Assembly (NCBI GenBank): GCA_032718475.1
Contig: JAUCBJ010008691.1
Coordinates: forward strand, 48,252 to 112,251
Reading direction: 5' to 3'
DNA length: 64,000 nucleotides
Origin: Nemertoderma westbladi
Taxonomy: Eukaryota; Animalia; Xenacoelomorpha
In this document: positions 63,565-64,000 of the stretch, piece after piece
How positions within the stretch are numbered: the first letter of the stretch is position 1
Layout: each line of letters begins with the position of its first letter
Program-made: the position numbers and the translations under genes
Notes under the pieces: generated by a model
What the model saw: the letters and a program-made list of their open reading frames with translations, nothing else
Told to the model about the DNA's origin: nothing
Databases searched by the model: none

Positions 63565-64000
63565 TTGCAAGTGGCTGTAAAGACTTGGTTCCAACAAGTG
63601 AGTGTTAAGGTACAGGGAACGACACACTGGAAAGTTCAGCTAACTGAGCGCATAACCCACGGAGAATCAACAGACGCTACTTTTTCTCAGGTGGAAGGCG
63701 AAGCTATATCCGAAAAACCTCAGAAGAAGGATGCTATTGACATCTATCTTTCAGACTATCAACGATTTATAGGTGATAAAGAGCTAAGGAGACGGCTAGC
63801 TGGACTTCACCCTAATAGTGAGGGAGCCAAATTTGTGTTGGACTCGTTAGATGCGGAAATATTAGCTGCGGAGCTGGCTAAATTTGATGAAAGCATCCTC
63901 ATCGCCATGGACCAAAAAGAGCAGATAAAGAAAAGGCAAATAGAAGACTGAAGGTCAGCGGCCGCGGCAGAATCTGAAAGGAAAGCAGCAGCGGCAGAAG
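63565..64000 (+). pseudogene. Possible BEL gag-like fragment
   Basis: Helical ORF followed after one stop by SAAAAESERKAAAAE, similar to the AAAAAESERQ repeats of the gag at 44080-44200. Confidence 0.4.

Overview
AT-rich animal (probably invertebrate) genomic DNA made mostly of nested transposable elements around two small spliced host genes: a divergent F-type lectin-domain gene and a type II membrane protein with an ITIM-like motif and Cys-rich C-terminus. The centrepiece is a very young ~20.1-kb BEL/Pao LTR retrotransposon on the minus strand (29012-49110, 5-bp TSD AATCT). Its near-identical 1.9-kb LTRs end TA...TA instead of TG...CA, and it has no TGG-type PBS. In the env position it carries a 1067-aa ORF3 with a WRN/EXD/Mut-7-like DEDDy 3'-5' exonuclease domain and three CCHC knuckles. 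The LTR U3 contains a tRNA-like Pol III A/B-box unit that is conserved in a diverged sister element at 1-3830. A 17-nt hairpin motif with a YGYG tetraloop recurs about 10 times along the element, independent of reading frame. Degenerate ORF3 homologs sit upstream of a second, canonical TG...CA LTR family, which suggests a lineage of exonuclease-carrying BEL elements. Also present: RTE and CR1/L2-type LINEs, a conventional BEL 3' end, a nested solo LTR, and non-autonomous piggyBac, CACTA, Harbinger and Helentron-like elements, plus satellites. All alignments were done by eye; no database searches were run.
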